In this document: positions 28,014 to 36,705 of the stretch, piece after piece
Position numbering within the stretch: the first letter of the stretch is position 1
How the letters are laid out: each line of letters starts with the position of its first letter
Assembly (NCBI GenBank): GCA_020849795.1
Contig: JADZFR010000022.1
Location: 62,879 to 126,878 of the forward strand
Length of the DNA stretch: 64,000 nt
Source of the DNA: Planctomycetota bacterium
GTDB taxonomy: Bacteria; Planctomycetota; UBA8742; UBA2392
Reading direction: 5' to 3'
The notes under the pieces: generated by a model
Seen by the model: only the letters and a program-made list of their open reading frames with translations
Told to the model about the DNA's origin: nothing
Databases searched by the model: none
Program-made: the position numbers and the translations under genes

Positions 28014-29285
28014 TTACGCGTTGCCGATGGCGTCGATCAAACCCACCAGTGGCAAGAACAGTGCAATTACGATGAAACCGATGGCGCCGCCCATGAACAC
28101 GATCAGGATCGGCTCGAGAATGCTGACCAATGACTCGACCGCGATATCCACGTAGGTGTCAAACGTGTCGGCAACCTTGAGCAGCATCTTGTCAAGCTCA
28201 CCGGTTTCTTCGCCTACGTCGATCATGTTTACGACGATGTCGTCAAACAGGCCGGTTTCAGACAACGGGCCGGCGATGGTTTCGCCTTCTTTGATCGAGC
28301 TTGCGACCTTGTCGATGGCTTCGCCCAGGATGACGTTGCCAATGGCATTCTTGCAGATATTCAGCGCTTCCAGGATCGGCACGCCAGCCGTGACCAGTGT
28401 GCCGAGTGTGCGTGTGAAGCGCGCGGTGACGGCCTTCTTGATGATCGGGCCAAAGATGGGCAGCTTCAGTTTCAGCGTATCAATGACGCGCTCGCCGCCG
28501 GGCGTGCGGCCCCATGCCATGAGGCCAAAGCCCGCCGCCACAATCAGTGCGGCAAAGATGATGCCGTAAATGCTCGCCACGCCTTCAGACAGGAAGATCA
28601 GGATTCGGGTCATGATATGCAGCTCAAGACCCTGCTCTTCGAACATCTTCTTGAACGCAGGAATCACGAAAATCATGATGCCCGTCAGAATCATTACGGC
28701 GACCGACATGACGATGATCGGGTAGATCATCGCGCCCACGACCTTCTTCTTCAGGCGCTGGGCCTTTTCCATGAAGTCGGCAAGGCGCTGCAAAATCGTG
28801 TCAAGAATACCGCCCGCTTCGCCTGCCTTGATCATGTTGACGAACAGGCGGTCGAACGTGCGCGGGTGCATCGCGAAAGCCTCAGACAGGCTGGAACCTT
28901 GCTCAACGCTTTCGCTGACGTCTTCCAGGATGGCCTTGAATGGCCCGGGCTTCTGCTGCTTGGCCAGAACCTTCAGGCTTCGCACCACGGGAAGACCGGC
29001 GTCAATCAGCACCGCCATCTGCGCCGTAAAGTCGGTGAGTTGCTGGGCGGAAGCGCGGCCCTTGATCTTGCCGTCCTTGCTGCGCGCGGCCGGCTTGTCT
29101 GCCGCCGGGCCGCTGGTGGCGCCACCGCCGGACTTCTTGGCAGATTCGGCACGCTGGGCGACTTTCGTGGGCTTCAGGCCGGCATTGCGAATCTCGAGAA
29201 TCGCCTGGTTGCGATTGGCGGCTTCGAGTTCGCCCGTTTCTTTCTGGCCTTGGGCGTTGATCGCTTCGTAGGCGAAGATTGGCAT
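28014..29285 (-). CDS. Type II secretion / type IV pilus platform protein (GspF/PilC family)
   Basis: Two GspF repeats (e.g. GSSLSEAF..HP..F..L.V.MI.AGE..G.L; GETIAGPLSETGLFDDIVVNMIDVGEETGELD) and three TM segments. ATG 29285 is preceded by GGGGAGG. Confidence 0.9.
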   Translation of the reverse strand: MPIFAYEAINAQGQKETGELEAANRNQAILEIRNAGLKPTKVAQRAESAKKSGGGATSGPAADKPAARSKDGKIKGRASAQQLTDFTAQMAVLIDAGLPVVRSLKVLAKQQKPGPFKAILEDVSESVEQGSSLSEAFAMHPRTFDRLFVNMIKAGEAGGILDTILQRLADFMEKAQRLKKKVVGAMIYPIIVMSVAVMILTGIMIFVIPAFKKMFEEQGLELHIMTRILIFLSEGVASIYGIIFAALIVAAGFGLMAWGRTPGGERVIDTLKLKLPIFGPIIKKAVTARFTRTLGTLVTAGVPILEALNICKNAIGNVILGEAIDKVASSIKEGETIAGPLSETGLFDDIVVNMIDVGEETGELDKMLLKVADTFDTYVDIAVESLVSILEPILIVFMGGAIGFIVIALFLPLVGLIDAIGNA

Positions 29286-29487
29286 TCTGCCGTGCCTCCC
29301 CTCGGGGATTTCAGACCGAGCGGCACGCATGTACGTGCTCACCCAACTGGGGAACGGGGGGCGTTCGTCCCAAAAAACGTAACTCGCCTAAGTGTACGCC
29401 CCGCACCAGCCATTGCAAGCGAGACGTGCAGTTGTAAACCCGACCGCAGACACAGGAATCGGTTCGACCCGGGCAGGAACGCACCCT

Positions 29488-29934
29488 ATGGATATCTCTG
29501 GCATGCTTCATCCTGAGCGGGTCCTCATGGAGCTCAAGAGCACTTCCAAACGCGACGCCCTGATCGAAATCGTGGAAGACCTGGGCAAATCGGACGCCGT
29601 TACCAACGTCGATGCCCTGAAGGCTGCGATTCTTGAGCGCGAGGAGATCATGTCGACCGGCGTCGGCCTGACCATAGCCGTGCCGCACGCAAAACTGGCC
29701 AGCGTTAAGGCCTTTACGCTGGGGATTGCCCGCAGCGCAAAAGGCATCGACTACGACAGCCTGGATGGCCAGCCGGTCAAGATCATCGTCACGATCGCCG
29801 CGCCCGACAACGACCAGAACACGTACTTGCGGGTGCTTGCGGCAGTGATGCACGTGCTGCGAGATGAAGGCAAGCGCGCGGGCATTCTTTCGGCGGCGAC
29901 GCCCGCTGATGTGATCAGCGTGTTCAAGGCGTAA
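29488..29934 (+). CDS. ptsN: PTS EIIA(Ntr)-type protein (PtsN-like)
   Basis: ER...STGVGLTIAVPHAKL... has the EIIA-2 fold pattern with the phospho-acceptor His in the AVPH context. 148 aa from ATG 29488. Confidence 0.75.
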   Translation: MDISGMLHPERVLMELKSTSKRDALIEIVEDLGKSDAVTNVDALKAAILEREEIMSTGVGLTIAVPHAKLASVKAFTLGIARSAKGIDYDSLDGQPVKIIVTIAAPDNDQNTYLRVLAAVMHVLRDEGKRAGILSAATPADVISVFKA

Positions 29935-31492
29935 TGCCCATTTCCGCGCATGCCTGGTGCCAGGCCGTCACCACGCCCTGCCGGACGTTTGGGCCGAGTT
30001 GATCCAGCGATTTCTCAACGCCCTGCCACTCAGAAGTGGCCAATGCCGTCTGCCCCGCGAGCAGCAGGATCGCGGCACGAGCGCCTTTCTGCAGGACGAC
30101 CTGTACCGGGTCGCCGATGCGCTGCATCAACGCAAGAGCCTCTTCCATGCTGTCCAGAGCGGCCGCATGTCGCCCGACGCGCTGCTGGGCGCCAGCCAGA
30201 TGATGCAGCGAGTTGCTGAGGGAAGAAGCGTCGCCGACCTTTCGCGACAATTCGATGCCTTTTGTGAACAGTTCGATCGCCTCTGCGAAGCGGCCCCGGT
30301 CTACTCGCACATTGCCCAGACCTGCCAGTGCCATGCCAAGCACACGCGTCTCGCCGGCCCGTTCCAGTTGGGCAATCGCAACCATGTACCAGGGCTCGGC
30401 GGCTTCGGCCGATTCGAGTTCCCGCGTGACCACGGCAAGCTGAAATAGCGCGTAGCCCTCCATCCCCACGGCCCCGATTTCGCGCATGATTTCGCGTGCG
30501 CGCAGATACAAGCCGCGCGCGATCTCATTGCGCCCCGCCACGCGATGCAGGTTGCCGAGATTGCTGCTGTTGAGGCCCTCATGAAAACGGTCGCCGACCT
30601 GCTGGTGCGTTTCGATTGCCTGTGCAAATAGCTTTTCGGCGTCCGGTGCGCGGCCTGACATGCGCAGCACGGAAGCCAGATTGCCCAGCACCACGCCTTC
30701 CGACACGCGATGGCCCGTGCGGCGATGAATGTCGAGGGCCTGGCGATTCAGCGCCTCGGCTTCGGCGAGGCGGCCTTTCACGTAAAGTGCAGCCGCAAGG
30801 TTAGACGTGGCGTCACCCAGCGCGCTGAGCAGCCCTTCGGCTTCACTGATTTCGCAGCTTCGTTTGTAGGCGGCCTCGCTGTCCGCGGGCCGGCCAAGGC
30901 GCCCGAAAAGCAGACCTTGCTCGTTCCAGGCATATGCAATGTGTTCCGCGTTACCGGATGCCTCTGCGTCGGCCAGTGCCTGCTTTAACCATGGCAAGCC
31001 CGCCTCTGCCTTGCCGATGTGTGCGCACATGCGTCCCATTTGGGCACAGGCTTTGGATCGTTGCGGGTCACCGGGAGGAAGCGCGTCGATGGCAAGTTGT
31101 GCCTGTTGCATGGCGAGATCGAACCGGCCCATCAGGCGCAGTTTATCGCACAGGCGAACGCGATAGTGGCTCGCCGCTTCGCCATCGGTGATCTCGATCA
31201 GTCGCAGCAGGTGCTTCACTTCGTCCTGGTTGCGCCAGCGGGCGGCAGCGGTTGTGGCCGCAAGCTGCCGATGTCGCCGCTCGGAGGGCAGATTCTGCGC
31301 CAGTCGGGCGTGCTCGGCCATCTCGTCGCAGCATTCGGCCGGGGACAATGCGGGCGAGTCACCGGCGCTCAGCGTCTCAAGAATCGTCAATGCACTTCTG
31401 TGCAACCGCTCGCGGTCGGTTGGCATCTGCAGCGTGTAGGCCGCGTCCCGCAGCAACGCGTGTCGAAACAGGTAGGCAAGTTCTGCGTGCAT
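29924..31492 (-). CDS. TPR-repeat protein resembling the C-terminal (post-NTPase) portion of STAND/MalT-type regulators
   Basis: Starts at MHAELAYLFRHALLRDAAYTLQMPTDRERLHRSA, the motif that normally follows the NTPase domain, followed by about 10 TPRs. No P-loop is present. The upstream sequence is occupied by the VOC gene. Confidence 0.6.
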   Translation of the reverse strand: MHAELAYLFRHALLRDAAYTLQMPTDRERLHRSALTILETLSAGDSPALSPAECCDEMAEHARLAQNLPSERRHRQLAATTAAARWRNQDEVKHLLRLIEITDGEAASHYRVRLCDKLRLMGRFDLAMQQAQLAIDALPPGDPQRSKACAQMGRMCAHIGKAEAGLPWLKQALADAEASGNAEHIAYAWNEQGLLFGRLGRPADSEAAYKRSCEISEAEGLLSALGDATSNLAAALYVKGRLAEAEALNRQALDIHRRTGHRVSEGVVLGNLASVLRMSGRAPDAEKLFAQAIETHQQVGDRFHEGLNSSNLGNLHRVAGRNEIARGLYLRAREIMREIGAVGMEGYALFQLAVVTRELESAEAAEPWYMVAIAQLERAGETRVLGMALAGLGNVRVDRGRFAEAIELFTKGIELSRKVGDASSLSNSLHHLAGAQQRVGRHAAALDSMEEALALMQRIGDPVQVVLQKGARAAILLLAGQTALATSEWQGVEKSLDQLGPNVRQGVVTAWHQACAEMGITP

Positions 31493-31499
31493 GGAGGGC

Positions 31500-31850
31500 C
31501 TAGCCCGCCTGTATCCCAAGGGCGTTGCCCTCGGAATCCCAGAAGGTGGCGAACTTGGTGGGGCCTTCTTGCTGCAGCTTGCCGACCTTGATCCCCTTGG
31601 CCTGAAGTTTGGCCAGGCTTGCCTCAACGCTGGTTACCTTGAAGTAGGGCATCGGGCCGAAGCCCACGTCCTTGCCCTGGGCGCTGGTTGGGTGCAGGGC
31701 AACGTTGACGCCTGCCGATTCAAGCCGCAAAGACGCATAGTGCGGTGCCGCGCTGAACAGGACCTTGCAGCCAAGCGTCTCGGTATACCAGCGCATGGCC
31801 CGGTCGAAGTCGTTCACGAACATCATCACGTGGCTGAATCCGCTGAACAT
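31500..31850 (-). CDS. VOC/glyoxalase-bleomycin-resistance family protein
   Basis: 116-aa single VOC module (FSHVMMFVNDFDRAMRWYTETLG...FWDSEGNALGI). Confidence 0.8.
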   Translation of the reverse strand: MFSGFSHVMMFVNDFDRAMRWYTETLGCKVLFSAAPHYASLRLESAGVNVALHPTSAQGKDVGFGPMPYFKVTSVEASLAKLQAKGIKVGKLQQEGPTKFATFWDSEGNALGIQAG

Positions 31851-31860
31851 GAGTCGCTCC

Positions 31861-32694
31861 TTAGGCCAGGGTGCCGACCATCTGCTTGACCAGCTTCGTG
31901 AGTTTGGGTTCGGCTGCGCTGGCGGTTTTGATGATGGTGTCGATATCGGCTTCTTCGAGAGTCTCCGGGATGCACAAGTCGGTCACGATGCTGAACGCCA
32001 CGACGCGCATGCCCACATGGCGCGCAGCAACGACTTCGGGCAGGGTGCTCATGCCGACCACGTCTGCACCCATGTTGCGCAACATGCGATACTCGGCGCG
32101 CGTTTCGAGGTTCGGGCCGGTGACCATCACGTATACGCCCTCGCGCAATGCCAAGCCGGTGGCCTTGGCCGCGGCATGGGCCGACTCGATCAACTTGCGA
32201 TCATAGGGGCGGCTCATGTCCGGAAAGCGGGGGCCGACGGCATCATCGTTGGGCCCTACCAGCGGGTTTGCGCCTACCAGGCCGGGCAGGTTGATGTGGT
32301 CTTCGATCACCATCAGGTCGCCCAGCGCCCAAGCCGCATTTAGACCGCCGGCGGCATTGCTGAGCACCAGAACTTCGCACCCCAGCGCATGCAGCAGGCG
32401 CACCGGGTACACGATGTCGCTCAGGCGGTGCCCTTCATAATAGTGAAGCCGGCCTTCCAGGACGTATACGGGTGTACCGTTCAACGTACCCGCAACGAAC
32501 TCTCCGCTGTGGCTCTGCACGCTGGAGCTGGCCATGTGGGGGATCTGCGAAAACGGTACGCGAAGTTCGGCTTTCACTTCTTTGCCTAGTGCGCCCAGAC
32601 CTGTGCCCAGGACGATGCCAACCTTGGCCTTTGTCTTGGTGCGCTCACGGATGGCGCGAACGGATTCCTGCAAGTGCTGCTGAAGGATGCTCAT
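31861..32694 (-). CDS. punA: Purine nucleoside phosphorylase (PunA/PNP family)
   Basis: IVLGTGLG, LEGRLHYYEGH, VLSNAAGGLN, GPRFPDMS, GPNLETRAEYRMLRNMGADVVGMSTLPEV. Confidence 0.85.
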   Translation of the reverse strand: MSILQQHLQESVRAIRERTKTKAKVGIVLGTGLGALGKEVKAELRVPFSQIPHMASSSVQSHSGEFVAGTLNGTPVYVLEGRLHYYEGHRLSDIVYPVRLLHALGCEVLVLSNAAGGLNAAWALGDLMVIEDHINLPGLVGANPLVGPNDDAVGPRFPDMSRPYDRKLIESAHAAAKATGLALREGVYVMVTGPNLETRAEYRMLRNMGADVVGMSTLPEVVAARHVGMRVVAFSIVTDLCIPETLEEADIDTIIKTASAAEPKLTKLVKQMVGTLA

Positions 32695-32720
32695 GGTTGT
32701 CCTGCTCCGGTGCGTGGCGG

Positions 32721-33023
32721 CTACACAAAGTGTGAGTTCAGCCGGGCTCGCACGCTAGCCTCGTCGATGCCCGAAATCTTCACCCGCTTATCGTGGCTGC
32801 CGTGTCCTGAGACAAGTTCAATCTGACGTTGCGGAATCCCCAGACAGTCGGCCAGCAGTTGCACCACGCCTGCGTTGGCGCGGCCTTTCTCGGGCGGCTC
32901 GGTGACGGACAACTTCAGGGCGCCGCCATAGACGCCTTTGATCATGGCTTTGCGGGCGCCGGGGGCCACGCGCAACCGCAACAGCAGGCTGCCGTCGCGG
33001 CACTCGATCTCGAGGTCATCCAC
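32721..33023 (-). CDS. DUF167 (YggU) family protein
   Basis: L.LRV.PGARK..I.G.YGGALKLSVTEPPEKGRAN..V...LA..LG....I.LVSG..S..K.V.I. Confidence 0.8.
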   Translation of the reverse strand: MDDLEIECRDGSLLLRLRVAPGARKAMIKGVYGGALKLSVTEPPEKGRANAGVVQLLADCLGIPQRQIELVSGHGSHDKRVKISGIDEASVRARLNSHFV

Positions 33024-34144
33024 TACGATGCCTTCAGCGCGTCCATGATCTTCATCCAGCCCTCGGCGATGATCTTGCCCGCGGCGAGCGCGATTCGGCC
33101 ACCGGGCGTGTGATAGGGCTTGGGCTCAAAGAATGCGGGCCACCCGTCGAGGTGCCCCAGTGCCAGGTGGTTCCAGCCCAGCGCCTTGTCGGCGGTTCCG
33201 CCCATCACAAACTCGTCGTGCTGAAAGAACTCGCGGGCGACTTCCAGCGCGGCGCGCTGTGTCAGGTACATCGGTGTGTACTCTTCGCTCTTGCCTTCGC
33301 GGCCGCCGGTGGCCGAGATCAGCTGCTTCCAGCTGTTTACGTTGGCGGGCAGCTTCTTCACGTTCTGTTGCGCCGTCCACAGGTTGATCCAGTAGAGGCG
33401 GCCATTGAGAAGCCACGAAGTCATCTGCCCGGGCAGATTCTCGCCATTCTCGATCTTCTTCTTGTCGATGGCTTTGCGCGCCTCCTGCACAATCTTTTCG
33501 CCATCGCGATAGGCCTTGTCCCAGGCCGCCAGTACTTGCTCTTCGGTGTCGAACTCTTTCCAGTAGTCCATGACCACGGCAATCATGCGCAGGTAGTAAC
33601 CGCGACCGGCCTTGATTTCGTTGATCAGGTTCTTGCACTCTCGCGATGGCGCCTCATCTTCCTTCTTGACCGAGCTGCCGATGGCCTTGAAGCGCTTGTC
33701 GGCATCCTTGTAACGCCCCATTCTCAAGAGGATAGACGCCTCGATGTAATCGCGCACCGAGACATGAAGCGTGGAGGTGTGCCTCTCGGATGCTTCCCAG
33801 ATTGCCTTTTCGTCTTTTGCGTACCCCGCGAGAAGCTCCTGGAAGCGACGCAGGGCCTTCTCTCCATCGACGGTCTTGGTGGGCGCCACAGGTTTGTCCG
33901 GTGTTTCCACTGCGTCGGCGGTGTCGTCCTTGCCGCTCTGGATACGGCGCTGGACCTCCTCTTTCTCAATGCGCGGGAAAATCTGTGCGGACACCGGTGT
34001 CACAAACAGCAGCATGCCAAGCGGCAAGGCAATGAAAGCTGCAAGCGGAAGGGCCGCAGCGAGCTTTTCGCTGGGTGCGGGGGCTTGCGTGCTGTTGGCG
34101 TTGCAGGACTTGGTCGTCACTTTGGCTTTCCTGTTCAATCCCAA
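33023..34144 (-). CDS. Secreted/anchored helical protein, unknown function
   Basis: Hydrophobic segment LAAALPLAAFIALPLGMLLFVTPVSA. No motif recognised. The stop overlaps the start of the DUF167 gene. Confidence 0.5.
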   Translation of the reverse strand: MGLNRKAKVTTKSCNANSTQAPAPSEKLAAALPLAAFIALPLGMLLFVTPVSAQIFPRIEKEEVQRRIQSGKDDTADAVETPDKPVAPTKTVDGEKALRRFQELLAGYAKDEKAIWEASERHTSTLHVSVRDYIEASILLRMGRYKDADKRFKAIGSSVKKEDEAPSRECKNLINEIKAGRGYYLRMIAVVMDYWKEFDTEEQVLAAWDKAYRDGEKIVQEARKAIDKKKIENGENLPGQMTSWLLNGRLYWINLWTAQQNVKKLPANVNSWKQLISATGGREGKSEEYTPMYLTQRAALEVAREFFQHDEFVMGGTADKALGWNHLALGHLDGWPAFFEPKPYHTPGGRIALAAGKIIAEGWMKIMDALKAS

Positions 34145-34147
34145 CGT

Positions 34148-36064
34148 TCAGTCTGAGGCTATGCCATAGCGATCCATTTTCTTGCGCAAGCCAAGGCGCG
34201 ACAGGCCCAGCAGCTCCGCGGCTCGGGACTTATTGCCCTTGGTGCGTTCAATGGCTTCAACGATCTTCCGTTTTTCGACATTCTCGACGACATCTTTCAG
34301 GGAAGTGCCGGTTTCCGACATCGACTCTTCTTCGGCCACCTGGCGCAGGTGCGGACTGAGCTGCGCTGCGTCAACTTTCTTGCCGTCGGACAGGGCCACG
34401 ATCTTCTTTACCTCGTTCTCAAGCTCGCGCACGTTTCCGGGCCAGTGATAACTGAGCATCGCGCGCAGCACGCCACGGTCCATCTTGAGTTGCGCATGGC
34501 CTGACTCGCGCGCGGCCACCTTGAAGAAGTGGTCCACCATGACCGGGATATCTTCTTTGCGTTCGCGCAACGCCGGCAGCCGGATCGTCACCACGTTAAT
34601 GCGGAAAAACAGGTCCTGCCGGAATGCTCCCTTACGCACCTGCTCGGCCAAGTCGCGATTGGTTGCGCACACAAGGCGGAAATCAACTTTCTTGCTGACC
34701 TTGCTGCCGATCGGGCGAATCTCGCCCTCTTCAATCACACGCAGCAGCTTGGCCTGCATCGCCGGGCTGATCTCGCCGATTTCGTCCAGGAAAATCGTGC
34801 CGCCGTCCGCGTGGCCAAACAAGCCGACTTTGTCGCGGTCGGCGCCTGTGAATGCACCCTTAACGTACCCGAACAGTTCGCTTTCAAATAGGGTGTCGGG
34901 CAGCGCTGCGCAGTTTTCAGCCACGAACCGGCCGGTCTTGGCGCGGCTTGAATTGAAGTGCAATGCGCGGGCGATCAGCTCTTTGCCGGTTCCCGGTTCG
35001 CCCAGGATCAATACAGGCACGGGCAGGTCTGTGACCTTGTCGAGCATGCGAAAGACCTCCTGCATGCTGCTGCTCGCGCCGATGATGTTGCTGTAGTCGT
35101 GCTGCCATTTCTTGTCGGGCTCGCGGGACTCGGCCTCGATGCGCAGGGCCGTGAGCTCTGCAGTCTGCAGGTCGAGTTTGGCCTCGAGCTCGCGGCGCAC
35201 GTCTTCAAGTTCGTGTTCAAAGTTGGCGATTTTGGCGGCCAGCGCGTCTTCGTTGGCGCGGCTTAGCGCGGCGCCGGCGGCGACGGACACCACATGCGCC
35301 GCTTGCTCAAGCAACGCCACCTGCGTTTCCGTGAACTCGGATTCTTTCGACTCGCGCTCAACGTACAGCACGCCGGCGAGCCGGTCGCCGGCTTTCAACG
35401 GCAGGTACACACACGGCGGCACGGTCGCACCGCGCGGCTTGACCTGCGTGCGCGCGCGGGGGCTGAGCAATTTGTTGGCGTTACTCTGAAAGTTGGGCGG
35501 CAGTTCGTTTTCCGGCGTGCCGCTGATGAAGTTGAAGAAACCCCGCGGGCGAGCCTCGCCGCGTTCGTCGGCAACACACACCGCGACCCGCACTCCCGGC
35601 AACAACTGGCCGGTAAAGCGCGCAGCGGCGAAATACAGCGACTTGGGCGTATCTTCTTCTGCGGGTTTGGAAAATGCTCTGAATGCCTCAAGAATACCGA
35701 CGGCGACCGGCTCGGCGGTTGGCAGTGCGCTTTCGGGGATCGCTTCGATGGCGTTCTTGGTTTCGAACGCCGACGACTCTTCCGAGAACAGCGAGATGCG
35801 GGCCGTGCCGATCTGGAATGTCTCGCCGAACTGGATCGACTCTTCAAGCACGGGTTCGCCATGCAGAAAGGTGCCATTGCGCGACTTCAGGTCGCGCAGC
35901 ACCCAGCTTTTGTCGGGTTGTTGCTCAAGCAGGCAATGGTGGCGGCTAGCCTTTTCGTCTGCAAGCATGACGGTGTTGTCCGGCGCGCGGCCGATGGTGA
36001 TGGCCCGGCCCGCGATGGGGTAGCGGCTGGTGTTTCCCTTCTCATCGACAACAAGGAACGGCAT
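34148..36064 (-). CDS. Sigma54-dependent transcriptional activator with FHA + GAF-like sensor domains
   Basis: N-terminal FHA (ITIGRAPDNTVMLADEKASRHHCLLEQ...LRDLKSRNGTFLHGEPV). AAA+ core with GEPGTGKE, ESELFGYVKGAFTGA and FLDEIGE. C-terminal Fis-type HTH AAELLGLSRLGLRKKMDRYGI. Confidence 0.9.
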   Translation of the reverse strand: MPFLVVDEKGNTSRYPIAGRAITIGRAPDNTVMLADEKASRHHCLLEQQPDKSWVLRDLKSRNGTFLHGEPVLEESIQFGETFQIGTARISLFSEESSAFETKNAIEAIPESALPTAEPVAVGILEAFRAFSKPAEEDTPKSLYFAAARFTGQLLPGVRVAVCVADERGEARPRGFFNFISGTPENELPPNFQSNANKLLSPRARTQVKPRGATVPPCVYLPLKAGDRLAGVLYVERESKESEFTETQVALLEQAAHVVSVAAGAALSRANEDALAAKIANFEHELEDVRRELEAKLDLQTAELTALRIEAESREPDKKWQHDYSNIIGASSSMQEVFRMLDKVTDLPVPVLILGEPGTGKELIARALHFNSSRAKTGRFVAENCAALPDTLFESELFGYVKGAFTGADRDKVGLFGHADGGTIFLDEIGEISPAMQAKLLRVIEEGEIRPIGSKVSKKVDFRLVCATNRDLAEQVRKGAFRQDLFFRINVVTIRLPALRERKEDIPVMVDHFFKVAARESGHAQLKMDRGVLRAMLSYHWPGNVRELENEVKKIVALSDGKKVDAAQLSPHLRQVAEEESMSETGTSLKDVVENVEKRKIVEAIERTKGNKSRAAELLGLSRLGLRKKMDRYGIASD

Positions 36065-36182
36065 GCAGTAACGCGTCCTCCACTGTGGCGTACAGTGAAG
36101 AACAAGGCATTTGCAAGGTCAATAACCAGTGGAAACTTTGTTACCACGTGGTCGCCGCAAGGCCCCAACTGTGGGTGTCTGG

Positions 36183-36545
36183 CTAAAGAATCGGCCGCCC
36201 TTCCAAGGGAACGCCACAGTACATGCAGGTGACGGCGCGCTTGCCATTGACCTTGCCGCAGCTTGGGCAGTTCTGGGGTGCGGCTTCGGGCTTGAACTTG
36301 CCGTCAAGGCGCCCGTCACTCAGGTCCACTTCGTTCATCAGTTCGCGGAATTCGGGCTCGTCAAACAAGCCCTTCTTCTCGCACATCGTAAGCAGCGAGC
36401 GAATGACCAGCATTTGTCGGTCGATCAGGTCTTCCAGCCTTGCCATCGCGCTTTCTGCTTTGCGCGCAGCCGACGCCGCATCGGACGCCGCGTCTTCGGC
36501 GCGGCGCGAACTGCTCGCCGACTGGCCAATCCATCCATAGTGCAT
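36183..36545 (-). CDS. Small protein with a helical N-terminus and a C-terminal zinc ribbon, unknown function
   Basis: ATG 36545 is preceded by GGAGG. CPSCG...CMYCG. The track ORF extension to 36962 overlaps the divergent gene. Confidence 0.5.
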   Translation of the reverse strand: MHYGWIGQSASSSRRAEDAASDAASAARKAESAMARLEDLIDRQMLVIRSLLTMCEKKGLFDEPEFRELMNEVDLSDGRLDGKFKPEAAPQNCPSCGKVNGKRAVTCMYCGVPLEGRPIL

Positions 36546-36705
36546 AGTAGCCTCCGCAAGAAACTGTACCCGCCTGCTGGCACGCGCGCGCTTGCAAGTT
36601 GCGGCGGGATTTGGAATTGGGTCAACCATCTTTCGGGCGCGAAGAATTCCGGCGGTGCTGCCAGCCGTCCGATGTAGCCTGCGCAGACCAAAACTGGAGA
36701 AGTGT

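Noticed and set aside
36578-36596. TGGCAC...TTGCA in the divergent region between the zinc-ribbon gene and the thioredoxin-like gene.
   Set aside because: The spacer is 8 nt instead of 5 (TGGCAC-gcgcgcgc-TTGCA), so the GG/GC spacing is wrong for sigma54.
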